A DNA stretch of 62,240 nucleotides, filler included, from Platydemus manokwari (lineage: Eukaryota): assembly GCA_037951405.1 (NCBI GenBank). It is 5 parts of 5 records of this genome, joined end to end, with 100 filler letters (N's around TTAATTAATTAA, not from the genome) between each part and the next. Parts side by side here need not be neighbours in the genome. Positions count along the whole stretch, not along the records: positions 38,031 to 52,547 come from JBBMOY011448088.1; 4 more parts are not named here. One strand, written 5' to 3'. Each line of letters opens with the position of its first letter. Position 1 is the first letter of the stretch. The notes below the pieces were generated by a model. That model made no database searches. It was not told the origin of the DNA and saw only the letters and a list, made by a program, of their open reading frames with translations. A program made the translations under genes and the position numbers. This document shows positions 39,769 through 52,647 of the stretch, piece by piece.

Positions 39769-41634
39769 CTAAATAAAAACGTATCTTGATATATTTATGA
39801 AATATTTAAATAACTTGCTTAAATATTATAATTTCTGTATCATAAAATGTTCTTTCAAAACATTTTTCAACAAACAATATTGAATGATATCACAAAGAGG
39901 GATTGCTTAAAATCGAATATGTTATAATTCGATATTATTTATAGTGTATTCAAAATGTTCATTTCGTATCAACCATTTGGATGTGTTATTAAGAATATGA
40001 GAATATATTGTGTAATCAAAGAAAAGGGAAGATAACGTATGTGTTCGGTATTAAACATTAGATTTTACTGACTCTATTGTAATTGGGCTATGAGTAAACA
40101 AAGTTTTTTGTACGTATTCATTTATAATGCGGCTGGATAAATTTATATAAGGAAATAATTTTTGAAAAAAGAAATTATACATATATCATTTACAACTTTA
40201 AAAATAGTTCTTCTAATCAAGTTTATTACCAGCACGATCACCAATCTTTTTCAGAGACGATAAAAGTAAAACTGACAAAGATAAGAATTCATAAAATCGG
40301 CATTTCGCAATAAAAAACACATTATAATGCTTCTGTGTGTTATCGACACAACCACTTGTGTTATACGAGGCCTACTTCTTTACACCATTAATTATAATAA
40401 TTATAAAGTAAAAGTTAAACAACACAAAACAAAATAAGATATTGACTTCAATATATAGATCGTACTTAACTTAGGTGGACATGTCGACAGATTACAAATA
40501 TATCCTCTCCATTCAAAAATTAATTTTTTATTAATATTAGAAAATAAATTAATATCGAGCTTTAAACACTTCAATCCAAAAACGTTACAGAACAATCATC
40601 TTCGTATATTTTGCATCATGCAAATACCACAGGCATGCACGCAATTTATAACGGAAATTTGGAGTACAAGATTTACTTGAAAAATCAATTTATATATTGT
40701 ACCATGTTTTCCAAACATGATTAAAGATTGAAGCATACTTTACAATCGCAAAACAAATTTATGACATTTTTTGTAATGAAATTCTTAATGGTTATAATCA
40801 TGATTATCGATTATTATAAAAAATGATCCAATTGTTCTTGTGCATTCAGAAAATACATAAATCTAATGAATTGGTTCTTGTCAGAATGATGATCTTTAAT
40901 CAACCTTCTATATCACTGACTATGTTCGTTTATCGAAAACACACGGATGATATATGTTAGTTGCCAAGGTTTTTTTTATTTCTGATATTCAAATCAAAGT
41001 CATGTTTACAACAGAACAAAAAATCTATTGATCAATACATCAGTTTTCAGACAAATTTAAATTATTTCCGTCGGATTTAAATTACATCTTATTTTTTTAA
41101 AAGGTTTAAATGTTATGTTTACTAATTTAAATAATTTTAAAACTGAGAATTTAACAGTATATTTTAGCAAGATCCTTTTATAAATATTAATATGATTTAT
41201 TGATTTTTAATATAATTTTTAAAAATATCTTTTCGCTCAATTTTTAATGATTTTAATTTTAATTAATTGTAGTATTTTTAAATAAATATCAAAATAATAT
41301 GTCCAATAATTTCCTAATCAAAACCATAAATTTAAAATTGGTTTAATAATAAAAAGTAAAAAAATATAATTTTTATAATAAATAATATTTTATCAAAAAA
41401 CCAAGTGTGAATTTTTCTTGTTTTCACCAGTCAACAATAGGATGAAAATTTTATCAAAAAAGATATATATGCCAAAGATATGTTTCAGCAATCTCATGAA
41501 TATTCGGAATGTATTGGAATGCATTGTTTAATACTTGAATTAACAAAAAGAACTTAATTTCCATGAAAAATCAATCACGCATGAAAGATATTTATTCTTT
41601 GTGTGAGTTTATGTTTTTAAAGTGATATCCACCG

Positions 41635-42155
41635 TGTAAGCCGCCACTATTTTATAAAACATGCATTGAAAACGAAATGAAAAGACACGAAACCATATTG
41701 TGTATTTAAATACCATTGTATAAACAAGTTAATATAATTTTATATAAAATTATATATTTAAAAAATTCAATTCAATTTTAATATTCTCATATCTCCCTTT
41801 CCTTAAAATCTTTGATTTTCTTTGAATTCTTAAGTGACATTGTATCGAATATCACACATTTATCGACATAAAAATCTCTAATTATTCTATTTCTCTATAT
41901 TTTCTTAATATCTTCTTTATATATGTCCTCTGTATAGTCTCAACATTTTGCTCCTTCTTTTCCATAATTTTCAGCCATTGGTCGTCTCAAAATCGAATCC
42001 AGGTGCATGGTTGCCAAGTGAACCGCTATGATTTTATAAAACACGCAATGAAAAATAAACTGAAAAGTCACAACACCAAATTATGTATTTAAATAAATTA
42101 TTATAATTTTACATAAAATTAAATCTTTAAAAATTTAGTTCAATTCAAAATTCTC
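41635..42155 (+). repeat. Dispersed repeat family B copy
   Basis: Collinear with 34920-35560. The CCGC...TTTTATAAAACA.GCA.TGAAAA block is repeated at 41641 and 42023. Confidence 0.75.
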
Positions 42156-43668
42156 ATATAGCCGAAATAAAATTTCCCAATAATTTATTCACACACACAC
42201 ACACACTTATTTTAATAAAATTTTCTTCATAATCATAAATATAATAATAAAAAAGCTCCATCAGCAAAATACTAGAAATAAACAAGTGATATATCGATTT
42301 TAAAGATAAATAAATGATAAATTGAAATTTGTTTTTCATAATTTTAATCCATCATTAATCTTGTAATCGGAAAATTTTATTGATGTCAAAATAACATCTA
42401 TAATCACTAAAAAGCTATGGTTGAAAAAATAAAATAAGCCGTTTATTAGCTATTTCTATATTAGTAAAAAACTGTCTTTAAATCCAGACAACATTGGTGT
42501 AATAAGATACCACCGGATAGTAATGAATAGCAAAGTCATGGTACGTGTCTTGCAACATTGAATGAATAAAGTGCTCAATTGGATAAAAATCAGTTCTTTT
42601 AAACTTCAAATTTTCAAATATTAATAAATGGAGTGGAATTGTTTTTAGTAGTTGTGCGAATAATCCAGTCGTATTTTATCTAGTTATTGATTAATTGAAC
42701 CTAACAGAAAAGTTTAAATTTTAACAGATGAAAGTGGAATAAAATAAATCAGTTCTCTTTTCATAAGTTAAATTTCTAGTTGTCAAAATTATTTTCTTAT
42801 CAAACCGGCTAATAAATTGTAATCTAATACTTCACAAAATCGAGATCTTCATAATACGATCTAAAGACTTAGCGGGAAAAAATCAGTAAAATTCAACATT
42901 TCAATAATTTAAATTGATATTTTCTATTGAAGAATTCAACATCTCAATGATCACAGAAAGAAATATCGATATTTAAATGTTAATTATCAGACGCTATATA
43001 AGACACTACAAAACTGTCTAAGTCTTTTACATACATCATGCTAAAGTATAATTGTGATAACATAAATCAAAAAATATTGCAGAATACTAACAGAAAAAGT
43101 TCAAATTTTGTTTATTCCAATAAAGGCATGTATTATGATAATAATAATAATGAAAATAAGAATAATAAAAAAGAAAAAATACACGAATTCTATGGCAGAG
43201 ACCGTGATTTTTCTTCACGTGTAACACAACCAATAGAAAACATAATTAAATATATTGCTATGAATCCAAAGCTTCGTTAGATGATATGGAATTACAAACT
43301 TGCGTGCGATTTACGATGTTGATATTAATCGTGAATGTAGTCAAACGAAAAAGTAATTAATATGACTACAATTTTTATTTGCTTCTTTTAATATTTAAAA
43401 TGTTCAATTCTTTTTTCCTTTTCTCCTTTTACTTTAAATTATTGCTTTTATTACTATTCCATTGATTATTTAAATTTAGGACATTTTGCAGCGTGTGTAA
43501 ATCCGTAAATCGGTGAAAATAACTGCAGCATATTATGTGATATTTATTCAATTTTTAGACCTTAATATAATTAAAGTCTCAAATAGAAATGAATTTACAC
43601 AGCAAATATAAATCAATAAAGTTTTTCATGAACCAATCAACATAGAAAGTGGGTTTAATAAATAAAAA

Positions 43669-44278
43669 GGCTAAAGTTAAAAAAGGGTCCTAAAATGAAT
43701 TTTGAATTTGTTGAGTGTAGTGCCAAATTCTATACAGTTTATTTAATTATATTCTTTTAAAAAAATTTGAATTTTTTTATTTAAATATTTAAGAAGAATT
43801 TTAGATATTAGAAATCAAATATTAAACACATTTGAACTTAAAAACCTACTTAAATTTGATTATTTGAATAAATGAAAAAAGTAGGTCGAATTGCAATTCA
43901 TTGAAAATTATCGAAGATCCCTTTTTTAACATTAGAAACAAATTGAGATATGTTCTCAATTTTTACAATTATTTTATAAAAATAAGTAATATCAGATCAT
44001 TAAATATACCAGTAATGAATAAACTCGATTTATAATTATAAAAATTTAAATTTAAAAACTCACATAATCACATAGAAGTGTTGCGACTAGAATGGGAACT
44101 TGGTTTTAAAATTATGTTTTGTCCCTATTAATTATCTTAAAAATGAGATATTAACTGAATTATACGAATAAATCAAACATAGCAATTATATATAAAATTA
44201 AGTTAAAAAATTATCTCGCGAGCGAAAATTCATTTTAACAAAAGTCGGTCAAAGGACCCTTTTATCTTAACTTAAGCC
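43669..44278. mobile_element. Non-autonomous TIR DNA element (~610 bp)
   Basis: Imperfect TIRs GGCTAAAGTTAAAAAAGGGTCC / GGACCCTTTTATCTTAACTTAAGCC. The right end is duplicated at 502-640. No clear TSD. Confidence 0.65.
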
Positions 44279-44679
44279 CCACAACAATTTATTATAATTG
44301 AAAAACCACGTTATTTAGAATATTTAAACAAATCAAAAATCCAAGACTCATTTAACTGTTATAGTGATTTATTATAAACAAGTTCACGTTTTGTGATATG
44401 TAATATCAAACATTTACATTTCTCCTTCCTCATGGCAGCAAAATGATAATATAATTATTAATTTATTTAAACGTTATTGATTTATAATTTAATATACTTA
44501 TTTAAACAAATACTGAATAAACAATTTGATTTTAAAACAATAAATTAATTATTGTTCCTATTTATAATAAATATGGTACATATGTGATTACTTTAGGTTT
44601 GTTTTGTTGTGTTGTGAGTAAATGTAGCCAATCTTATGTTATACCACATCAACTGGACAGAGCAGCATACAAAAACCTT

Positions 44680-45210
44680 GATAAAAAGTCGCTATTAGGA
44701 AAAGGTGGACTTGTAAGCATTGAAAATCATTCAAATGATACATTTATAATATAATTAAATAACAAGCTATATTCGGGACACGCTATAGTCGGCGAAGAAT
44801 TCGTCCTATGACCGGATTTTATTTAATTTTTCGTGACAAAGCTAATATATCAAAATTTTATTCCAAAAATAAAACTTCAAATAAGGCTCACATATAATAT
44901 TATTCCAAAAATCAATTCAATTAATCTGAAAAATGCCCTAATTTTTTAACCGCTGGTCGTACAAAAATGAACAAATTACTTCACTGATTTATGGAATCTG
45001 CATTAAATTTATATCCAATATATATATACCACCGAAAGAAATTGAACTTCTAAATTGAGACCGCTAATCAAATGAAATAATTATTCATACTAATAATTGA
45101 GCTTCTTTTTCATTATGACGACAATTAGATGGAGGCAATATCATAATTTGTTTATTGTAATACGCAAATGTTGTGCTGTTCAATATGTGGGATTCGCTAA
45201 AACTTTCATT
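44680..45210 (+). pseudogene. Possible highly degraded Merlin/IS1016-like transposase relic
   Basis: Fragments LLGKGGLVSIE, YSGH, FTDLW and MWDSLK fall in the order expected for Merlin motifs (GG.G..V.IDE, KY.RG, TD.W, IE..W..LK). Many disruptions. Confidence 0.3.
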
Positions 45211-45971
45211 ACTAGTTATGATCGAATTTTGCAAGAATGATTAGAGTTAATATATTTCAGTGTTCGATTAAAATAATTACTAGCCGATTAAAAGATATAT
45301 TTATCTGATTATGATTTACTTTACAAAATAATTTGATTCCGATTAATTTGTTTGACAAAACAGAGTTCTCAGTACAACCTTCACAAAGTTTAGCAATAAT
45401 AAATCCGAAAGCACTCTTATTACGAGAACTAATGTTAAAATTTAAATAGTTTTAGTGCAATATCTATTAATAATTTGTACGAAATCTAATTCCAAGAATT
45501 GATATGGTACGATTTGAATATTTTAAAATTATTGATTAGATTAAATAAAACAATATTCGATAAAGTATGATTGATATTAACAATAGAGTAACAAATGATA
45601 ATAATAGTTAGCAATTATGGATTAATGATTAAATAAACAAGTGGCTAGTCAATAACAAATAGATTATCAATACACAAAAAGCCAAGAATTTTCAATTGAG
45701 TGATTTTAAAAATCTATCGATCTAAGTCAGTCAGAACAATTATTAATATGGGTGCTAGAATTTCCTGTGAAGTATCCGCAAGAGCATTTGTTTATTTAAT
45801 AAAGTTATTTCTTCAGTTGGTTTGCGATAAAAGTCAGAAGTTAGATATCATACAACATTCTAACACCGTGATTGAGGAATTCGTGAAACGGTTTTGTAAT
45901 GGAAGTTATTAACTTCTTTGTAGTTAAGTTTAGTATATCGATCAATAATTTTCTTTCTAGTAAATATATAA

Positions 45972-46275
45972 TGACCACGTAGTAGTTCTAATTTTAAATG
46001 AGAAAATGAGAATTATCGACATGACATAAACTCTATTGATTATTTTAAAACGAGCTTGGGAAGAGCTTGGAACGATATGTCACAAGTTACCATTCAAAAC
46101 GCTACACAAGCTTGAATTTATATATTAAGACGCTGCTCTGAAGGGCAAGGACGATATTTTGAGCATCTATGAGTGTTATATAACATATGCCTTTAAAAAA
46201 CTTTGTAAAAGTTACTCTTTTTTAAAAAATATAATATTTTGACAAATGTCCAGCTTTTCTAACGACCACCTTGTA
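45972..46275 (+). mobile_element. 3' relic of a Tc1/mariner transposon with right TIR
   Basis: Degenerate WPxxSPD (*PRSSS), then SIDYFKTSLGRAWNDMSQVTIQNATQA*IYILRRCSEGQGRYFEHL*, ending in a TIR-like ...GACCACCTTG-TA. Confidence 0.75.
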
Positions 46276-48663
46276 TAATGGACGTTTTAGCTAATTTCTT
46301 GACCATTATTTATGTTAATCTTCATTGCGTTGTTTTTTCTTTTTCTAGGTTCTTAATCTTTTTTAGTGTTTTTAATGTACTATATTTACCTTTGTTAATT
46401 ATTAATATCTATTTCAAGATTCTATCATTTGTTTTATCTGTTTCATTGTTTTATTTTATCTATTTTTAGATTATAACACATTTTCGTGAGAACCATTATT
46501 TACTAAAAATATTTTATTCCCATTGCAATTAGTATAGCTAAAGTTTGGTGTGCTGCTCAACAATATAATGGTATAAAAATTATCCAAGTATAATCTCGTA
46601 AGTTTCAAAATAGATGATAATAATCATAACGAGGAACCATGTTCCTCAAAAATGATAGCGAAGAAACCAATTATAAAGAAAGAATAAGTACAATGAGTGC
46701 AATAATTCAAAATCAATACTTACATTCCATTGTAAATAACTTTCACAATCGTTGCAACACCTCGGTCATCTTGATTTTTTTATAAAATTTTCAAAATTAT
46801 AATGAAGACTTAACATGTGTAAAAAATATCATTTTTATTTAAAAATGGAAAAATCAATTTAAAAAATGAGAAATCGATCAAGAGGACAAATTGTTCAAAG
46901 AAACTTATGGAATAGAGTATCTGTTCGATTTGTAAACATGATGTACAAGCTCGAAATAAAATCATTCTTCGGGATTAATCGATTTATTATTACAAATATT
47001 TATTAGCAATTAACATCAATACAAAAACTGGTTAACAATAACAACATAAAATTACAATGAATTTTAATACTACACTATACATCAAATTATAAAATTATAC
47101 TTATAACGGACCTTACAACTTCAAGAAAAAGAACGGTTATCTCCAACTCAATAAGTAGAACCTTTACCTTCAAGATCTTTGAGCAAAAACTATATAATAT
47201 GAAATACAAGATACTGTATATAATATAGATTAGAAGTTTACAGGTATGGCCTTACTCTGGGTCTTCCAGTAAATGCCGGGCATATACAGGAAAATTGATC
47301 TTCAGCACCTGATGATCTTCTTCCGCCATAACAAAACACGAAACAATGCCATAATATTTTTAAGTAACTTTGTTATATTTTTATCTGCTTATGAAAAAAT
47401 TAAAGACGTCAAATTATTCATGATTTATTATAGGATTTTATTGATTAACTGAATCTATAATGTTTGGGTCATTGTTTCCAAACGTCTCGAAATATTAAAT
47501 TTTAGTAAGCCACACAGAATATCTGAGTTGTATTGACAATTCAAGTTGAGATATCAAAATCATGACACGAATATACTCTATTTATACAAAACTTTCAGTA
47601 AGAAGAATCAAAATATCATTGTGCTTGATGTTAGCTCACTAAGAAACTCTACTAAGATAAATTTTTATTTTTATTTGTCAAAGTTCTGCATTCATTTTAA
47701 TAAAATCTGGAAAACATTGCAGTTATTTTTAATGAAAATTATAGAAATGCCATGCATAGACCTCTATTTGTTGTAAATCTAATTCGACTTCTTCTCTTAA
47801 TCATCATATCCTGACATTTCCCACCACTCGTCGTGACTAATTTTGTCTCGTTTGATAATATCAATATCGACGATTGCACTTCATTTCGACTAAATATTTA
47901 ACAATTTTGACATTCAGAGATTTTTACACGATATACTTCTTATCATTGGGAAATTTTTCACTTGATAATACAAACAGGGTAGTACTCGCTAAGGTATGTA
48001 TTTTATAAGAATCTAATCGATAACCGAATCATGTATTGATAAGCACTATAAAGTTAAATATTTTATAAGAGTTGTTTCCATTCACCGCTGAGTTCATTAT
48101 GGCGATACAAAAAAATTATAAAAAATTAGTGAATCAGTAGACCAGCTGTTGTCATTCTTTCTTTTTTGTCAAACATATAATCGATTGTTAGCAAAATTCT
48201 GTTGTTACCGTTACAATCAATTGATGTCATTATCGAATTGAATTGATAACAAAAAACAATAGTTTCCATTGTTTAAGTTTTCAACGGATTTATTTCGAAA
48301 CTGAAAATGAAATCCTTAATGTGGAAAAATCGATAAATTTTACAGATTCGATTTTCCAGAAAATATCTCTTTTCATTCAATAATACCTTCGAACAAGCAA
48401 ATATTAGTAACTGTAATTGAATTGTATTATACGAATAAAATTGAATTATTTACCCTTTGAATGTTTTGCTTTCTTGTTGAGCTCTATAGTTTGATAATAG
48501 CTCAAAGGGGAAAATAATTCTGCTCTTATACTTAAAAAAACCAAACTTTTTCCTAGAAAAAAATAATTATGAACTTTTCTCCATTTTCTTTATTATCGAC
48601 TTGAAAATAACACAATTGACCATTTATTCACAAGATAAAAATATAAAATAAATCATTACATAC

Positions 48664-48762
48664 CAGTGATAATATCGAAACCGAGGTCGCCAACTGGGTT
48701 CTTGAAGAAAACCATTTAAAGCAGTAGCCAAATTTACAAATCCATAACACATGAGAAAGAAC
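48664..48762 (-). CDS. slc12a: Internal exon (99 nt) of an SLC12 K-Cl cotransporter (KCC)
   Basis: Polypyrimidine tract TTTTTCAG|...|GTATGT. Encodes (M)[33 protein letters not shown], matching the KCC signature MFFLMCY.FVNLAC...LL..PNWRPRF.YYHW. Confidence 0.95.
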
Positions 48763-48916
48763 CTGAAAAACAAAAAGAAAACATTGAAAAATAAATAATA
48801 CAATAAGTTGTTATCATCGACCCATTAATATTAGATTATTAGTGATTCTGCCCTATAGTAATCGATGAAATTGAACTCGCTTAATATCAACATAATCGAA
48901 TTGCAACATTTATTTA

Positions 48917-49533
48917 CAATAAAACTCTCAAAACTGGAACACGTTCAATGCTCCGGTTTTGGGGGTGTTCCAGTTTCAGGAAGAAGTTAGTTTCAGTTAA
49001 ATAAAAGATATTTCAAAATCAAGGACGTTTATTTTGTTAACTGTATATACATAATTACAGATACTTACTGAAAATGAGATAATAAATGCATTATCTCATA
49101 CACTTAAAGAAAGAAACGTGTCATCTGAACTGAATAACTAGTGATTTTATAACCCTTTAAGTATTGACTGCTAAACCATATTTTATAAATATTTAATTTC
49201 ATAGGCAGTTGGTGTTATAATTAAAGAAAATCATTATTCATCTGTTGTGCTGGCTTCATATTTAGTGTTAAATTGATTTGCTTTCATTTTGATTTCGATG
49301 CCATTATATGGGTATGCAAGGTATTAAGTTAGGTACAAAAATACTCTGTCAAAAACAATCTGTAAAGTAAAAGAAATAAGCACAATAATAAATAAAAATC
49401 GTGATCAATAATATTTAAACAAAGCACAATTATTCGTTTTCCTAAAATTATAGTAAAAATATATGCTACAAGTATGTTCCAGCTTTAGGAAGTTATTCTC
49501 CTTTCTATATGTTCAGTTTTGAGGGTTATAGAA
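48917..49533. mobile_element. Probable pogo/Tigger-like MITE
   Basis: Inverted ends AAACTCTCAAAACTGGAAC / GTTCAGTTTTGAGGGTT with internal subterminal repeats TGTTCCAG.TT.AGGAAG. Confidence 0.5.
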
Positions 49534-50413
49534 TATTTCATCTAATATCATTCTGTTGAAAATCAATTTAAAAATTAATTGAAATACTTATCACTTTGAT
49601 CAACTGAATCAATGGAAATGATGTTACGTAACTGAGAAAAATCTAATTACGAATTATAACAAACTGCTAAAAATAGATTTGACAATTCTAGTTCGACTAA
49701 TGAAAACTGGAGGCAAAACTTCATTGCTTCCATTTATTTTCCAATTTATTCATAATTTAATTTATTTAAGTAATTTATTAAACACGCCAAATGTCACCAT
49801 TTTTCTTGAGTGAAGTACTATCAATCCAGCTTGGTTTGTATTTACATAAAAACTTTCATTAACATCATTCAACAACAATTTCAACCATTAACCACCATTA
49901 AAAATAATTGTTAGCAGACGCGATTATATCAACGAGTATCATTTTAATCCACTAAAAATCGACCACAATTCCCAATGTGGACATTCAATATTTTCCAAAA
50001 TATAAATTGTCATAAAGAATTTAATCGATTTATGATTTCTTAAATACACAAACCGAAAAACAACTACCAACTCTTTCACCATTACATGTGAAATCAAGAT
50101 TTCTGCCTGAAATATTTACATTAAAAAAATATTTGAGGTTTTTCAACCGATAATGAATTTTAATAACAGACTGATAAAGGAAAACATTTTATACGTTTTT
50201 GTTTTTTATCAATTTATTATCTATTAACCATTGGAAAAACGTGAAATTAAAAAAATGATAAAATTTTCTGGTTATTCCGAAAATTGAAAAAACAATTGAC
50301 TTGATAGAACGATAATTTGAAAATTTTTGAATTTTTCTTCTACTTTGGTTTTGGAAACGTACTTTGAGAAATATGTTATTTTCAAATGAGATTTTTTATC
50401 AGATCTAAATTGA

Positions 50414-50899
50414 TATATGATTGAAACGAGAGTTCTGTCCGATAGAAAATTAAATTTATTTAACCAATAAAGAAAATTTGTAAATTGAGAAATATAAACA
50501 AAATATGATTCGTCTGTTAATCTGAAATGTTAAAAATAATCACCTTTAAGATCCACACACTTTTTCCAGCGTTCTGGAAGTTGTTTTATGCCGTTTTCAT
50601 AGACTTTCCCAGGTTTTAAAGTGAGCCACTTGTCCAAATCGTCGTTAGTGAGTTTTTAATAGAAAACACATTAATGTCTGAAGGGGCAAGGTCTGGGGGG
50701 TGTGGTGGATGCTTATTTTGAGTTAAGCGTGTCGTATGCGATCGAGTGTTATCGTGAATGAAACTAAACATTTCTTCACAAAATACTGAAATTTTTACAG
50801 ACTATTGATATTTTGTTTATATCTCCAATTCACATATTGTCTTTATTGGTTAAATAAATATTATTTTCTATCGGACAAGACTTTCGTTCCAATCCTGTA
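50414..50899 (-). mobile_element. Internally deleted mariner element with ~105-bp inverted termini
   Basis: Minus strand encodes HDNTRSH, HPP..PDLAPSD and YENGIKQLPERWKKCVDLKGDYF* (mariner C-terminal motifs). 50414-50520 and 50795-50899 are imperfect inverted repeats bounded by TA. Confidence 0.88.
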
Positions 50900-52547
50900 T
50901 TATCTAAATCATTGAATTGAAATGATTTTCTATCATTTATCTTGCAATTTTAAAACATTGTTTTAAATATTCAATTTTAGCGCTACTTTACAACATGAAA
51001 ATCCATGATGTTTAATTAATTTTATTAAAAATCAAAAAGTAAAATTCACAGTTTAAATCGATATTTTTACATATTATTTGATTATATTATTCAATATGTA
51101 AATTTATTAATCGATTTAAGAATATCAAATCAATTCGAGCAAATCCCTAATTATTGATGATAGCGAATAAAAATTTAGTCTTTTGACTTTAAATCTATTT
51201 TTAAAAAATATCTCAAACGTCAGTCAATAAATAATTACAAGCGATGAGATATGTTGGATTCACCTATCAGTTAGAGGCTGTTTTGTTATTTGGCATAATT
51301 AACCATAATTTATATTTAATGTCTTGTAACTAAAGCAAATTATCAATACATTTTTGACAAGATTCAAATTGCTAGTAACAAATGATTACAATGACACATG
51401 ATACGATTAATATGGTATCAGGAAAGACCGGAAAATTTTACATAAAACTGTCAATCATAATGGAGAGAAATAAAGTATCATTTTATTAGTAAAAAATGTG
51501 GACACACTAACAAGATATTTTTTTAAAATCCATGTTCAATTTAGACTTATGAAATATCTATAATCAATTTCAACAAGTGTGATTTTATGATCATTTAATT
51601 TACACCATCGATCTCACCCAGGGAAAATAGTGACAGGAAACCAGAATTGATATGAACAGAAATTAATAAAAACTATTTACCATTAAAGAATTATAAACTG
51701 GTTTAAATTATTCACAATAGATTCGCTATTAATTAAAAGTGGATTTTGTCGTCATTCACGCTAGCACTGTCATTTATGTCATCTGTTTTTTGTAAATCAT
51801 CTCTCCTATCTTTTTTCTATCAATCCAACAAATCAAATCCCATCACATTTGCCAATGTTAATAACAAATACTAAAATCGAAATTTATTTCCTGTAGTGAT
51901 ATTTATATTTACTTGAGTTGTAATTTTCGACTTATGTAATATCGAAAATTATTTCCTTATCGTCTTGTTAGGAAAATGTTTTAAATGATCTGAAATACGA
52001 AGTTTAGTTTATTAGCTCGTTTTAGTGAATCGGTTTCACTTACAAAATCAACCTTTCATTTCAAGACTTCTTCGTTGGATGTAAATGTCTTTCATTTGTA
52101 TAGGATTATCGAATTTAACTTGACTTATTTCACACAAGCAATTGTTTTGTAAACTGTGACAGTTCTGGTGTAAATGGTGACAAAATTCATTTTTAATTCA
52201 AAGTGAATCTAAGATATGGCATTGCTTGTATTTATTTTCCGAATAATTTCATTAATTTTGATCAAATATTATTCCATTAATAAAACAAAATCAATTCGAA
52301 AACACATTTGAATGTTATAAATATATAGGCTTAAATTATGTAAAGGGGTAATTTGACCTACTTCATTATAATGAAGGTTCGCACATGAGATAATTTTATA
52401 AGTTACTTTTATATATAACTGCTATGTTTGATTTATTTCAGTTAATATTTCATTTTTAAGATGTCTAATCGTGACAAAACATAGTTTTAAAACCAAGTTC
52501 CCATTCTAATCACAACACTTCTATATGATTATTTGAGTTTTTAAATT

Positions 52548-52647
52548 NNNNNNNNNNNNNNNNNNNNNNNNNNNNNNNNNNNNNNNNNNNNTTAATTAAT
52601 TAANNNNNNNNNNNNNNNNNNNNNNNNNNNNNNNNNNNNNNNNNNNN
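52548..52647. other. Assembly gap linker (truncates env and supplies its false stop codon)
   Basis: N44-TTAATTAATTAA-N44. Confidence 0.99.

Noticed and set aside
15310-52647. Four identical TTAATTAATTAA palindromes embedded in N runs
   Set aside because: These are artificial scaffolding linkers with six-frame stops, not biological repeats. They also create the false stop of ORF 52596-54278, and adjacency across them is unverified.
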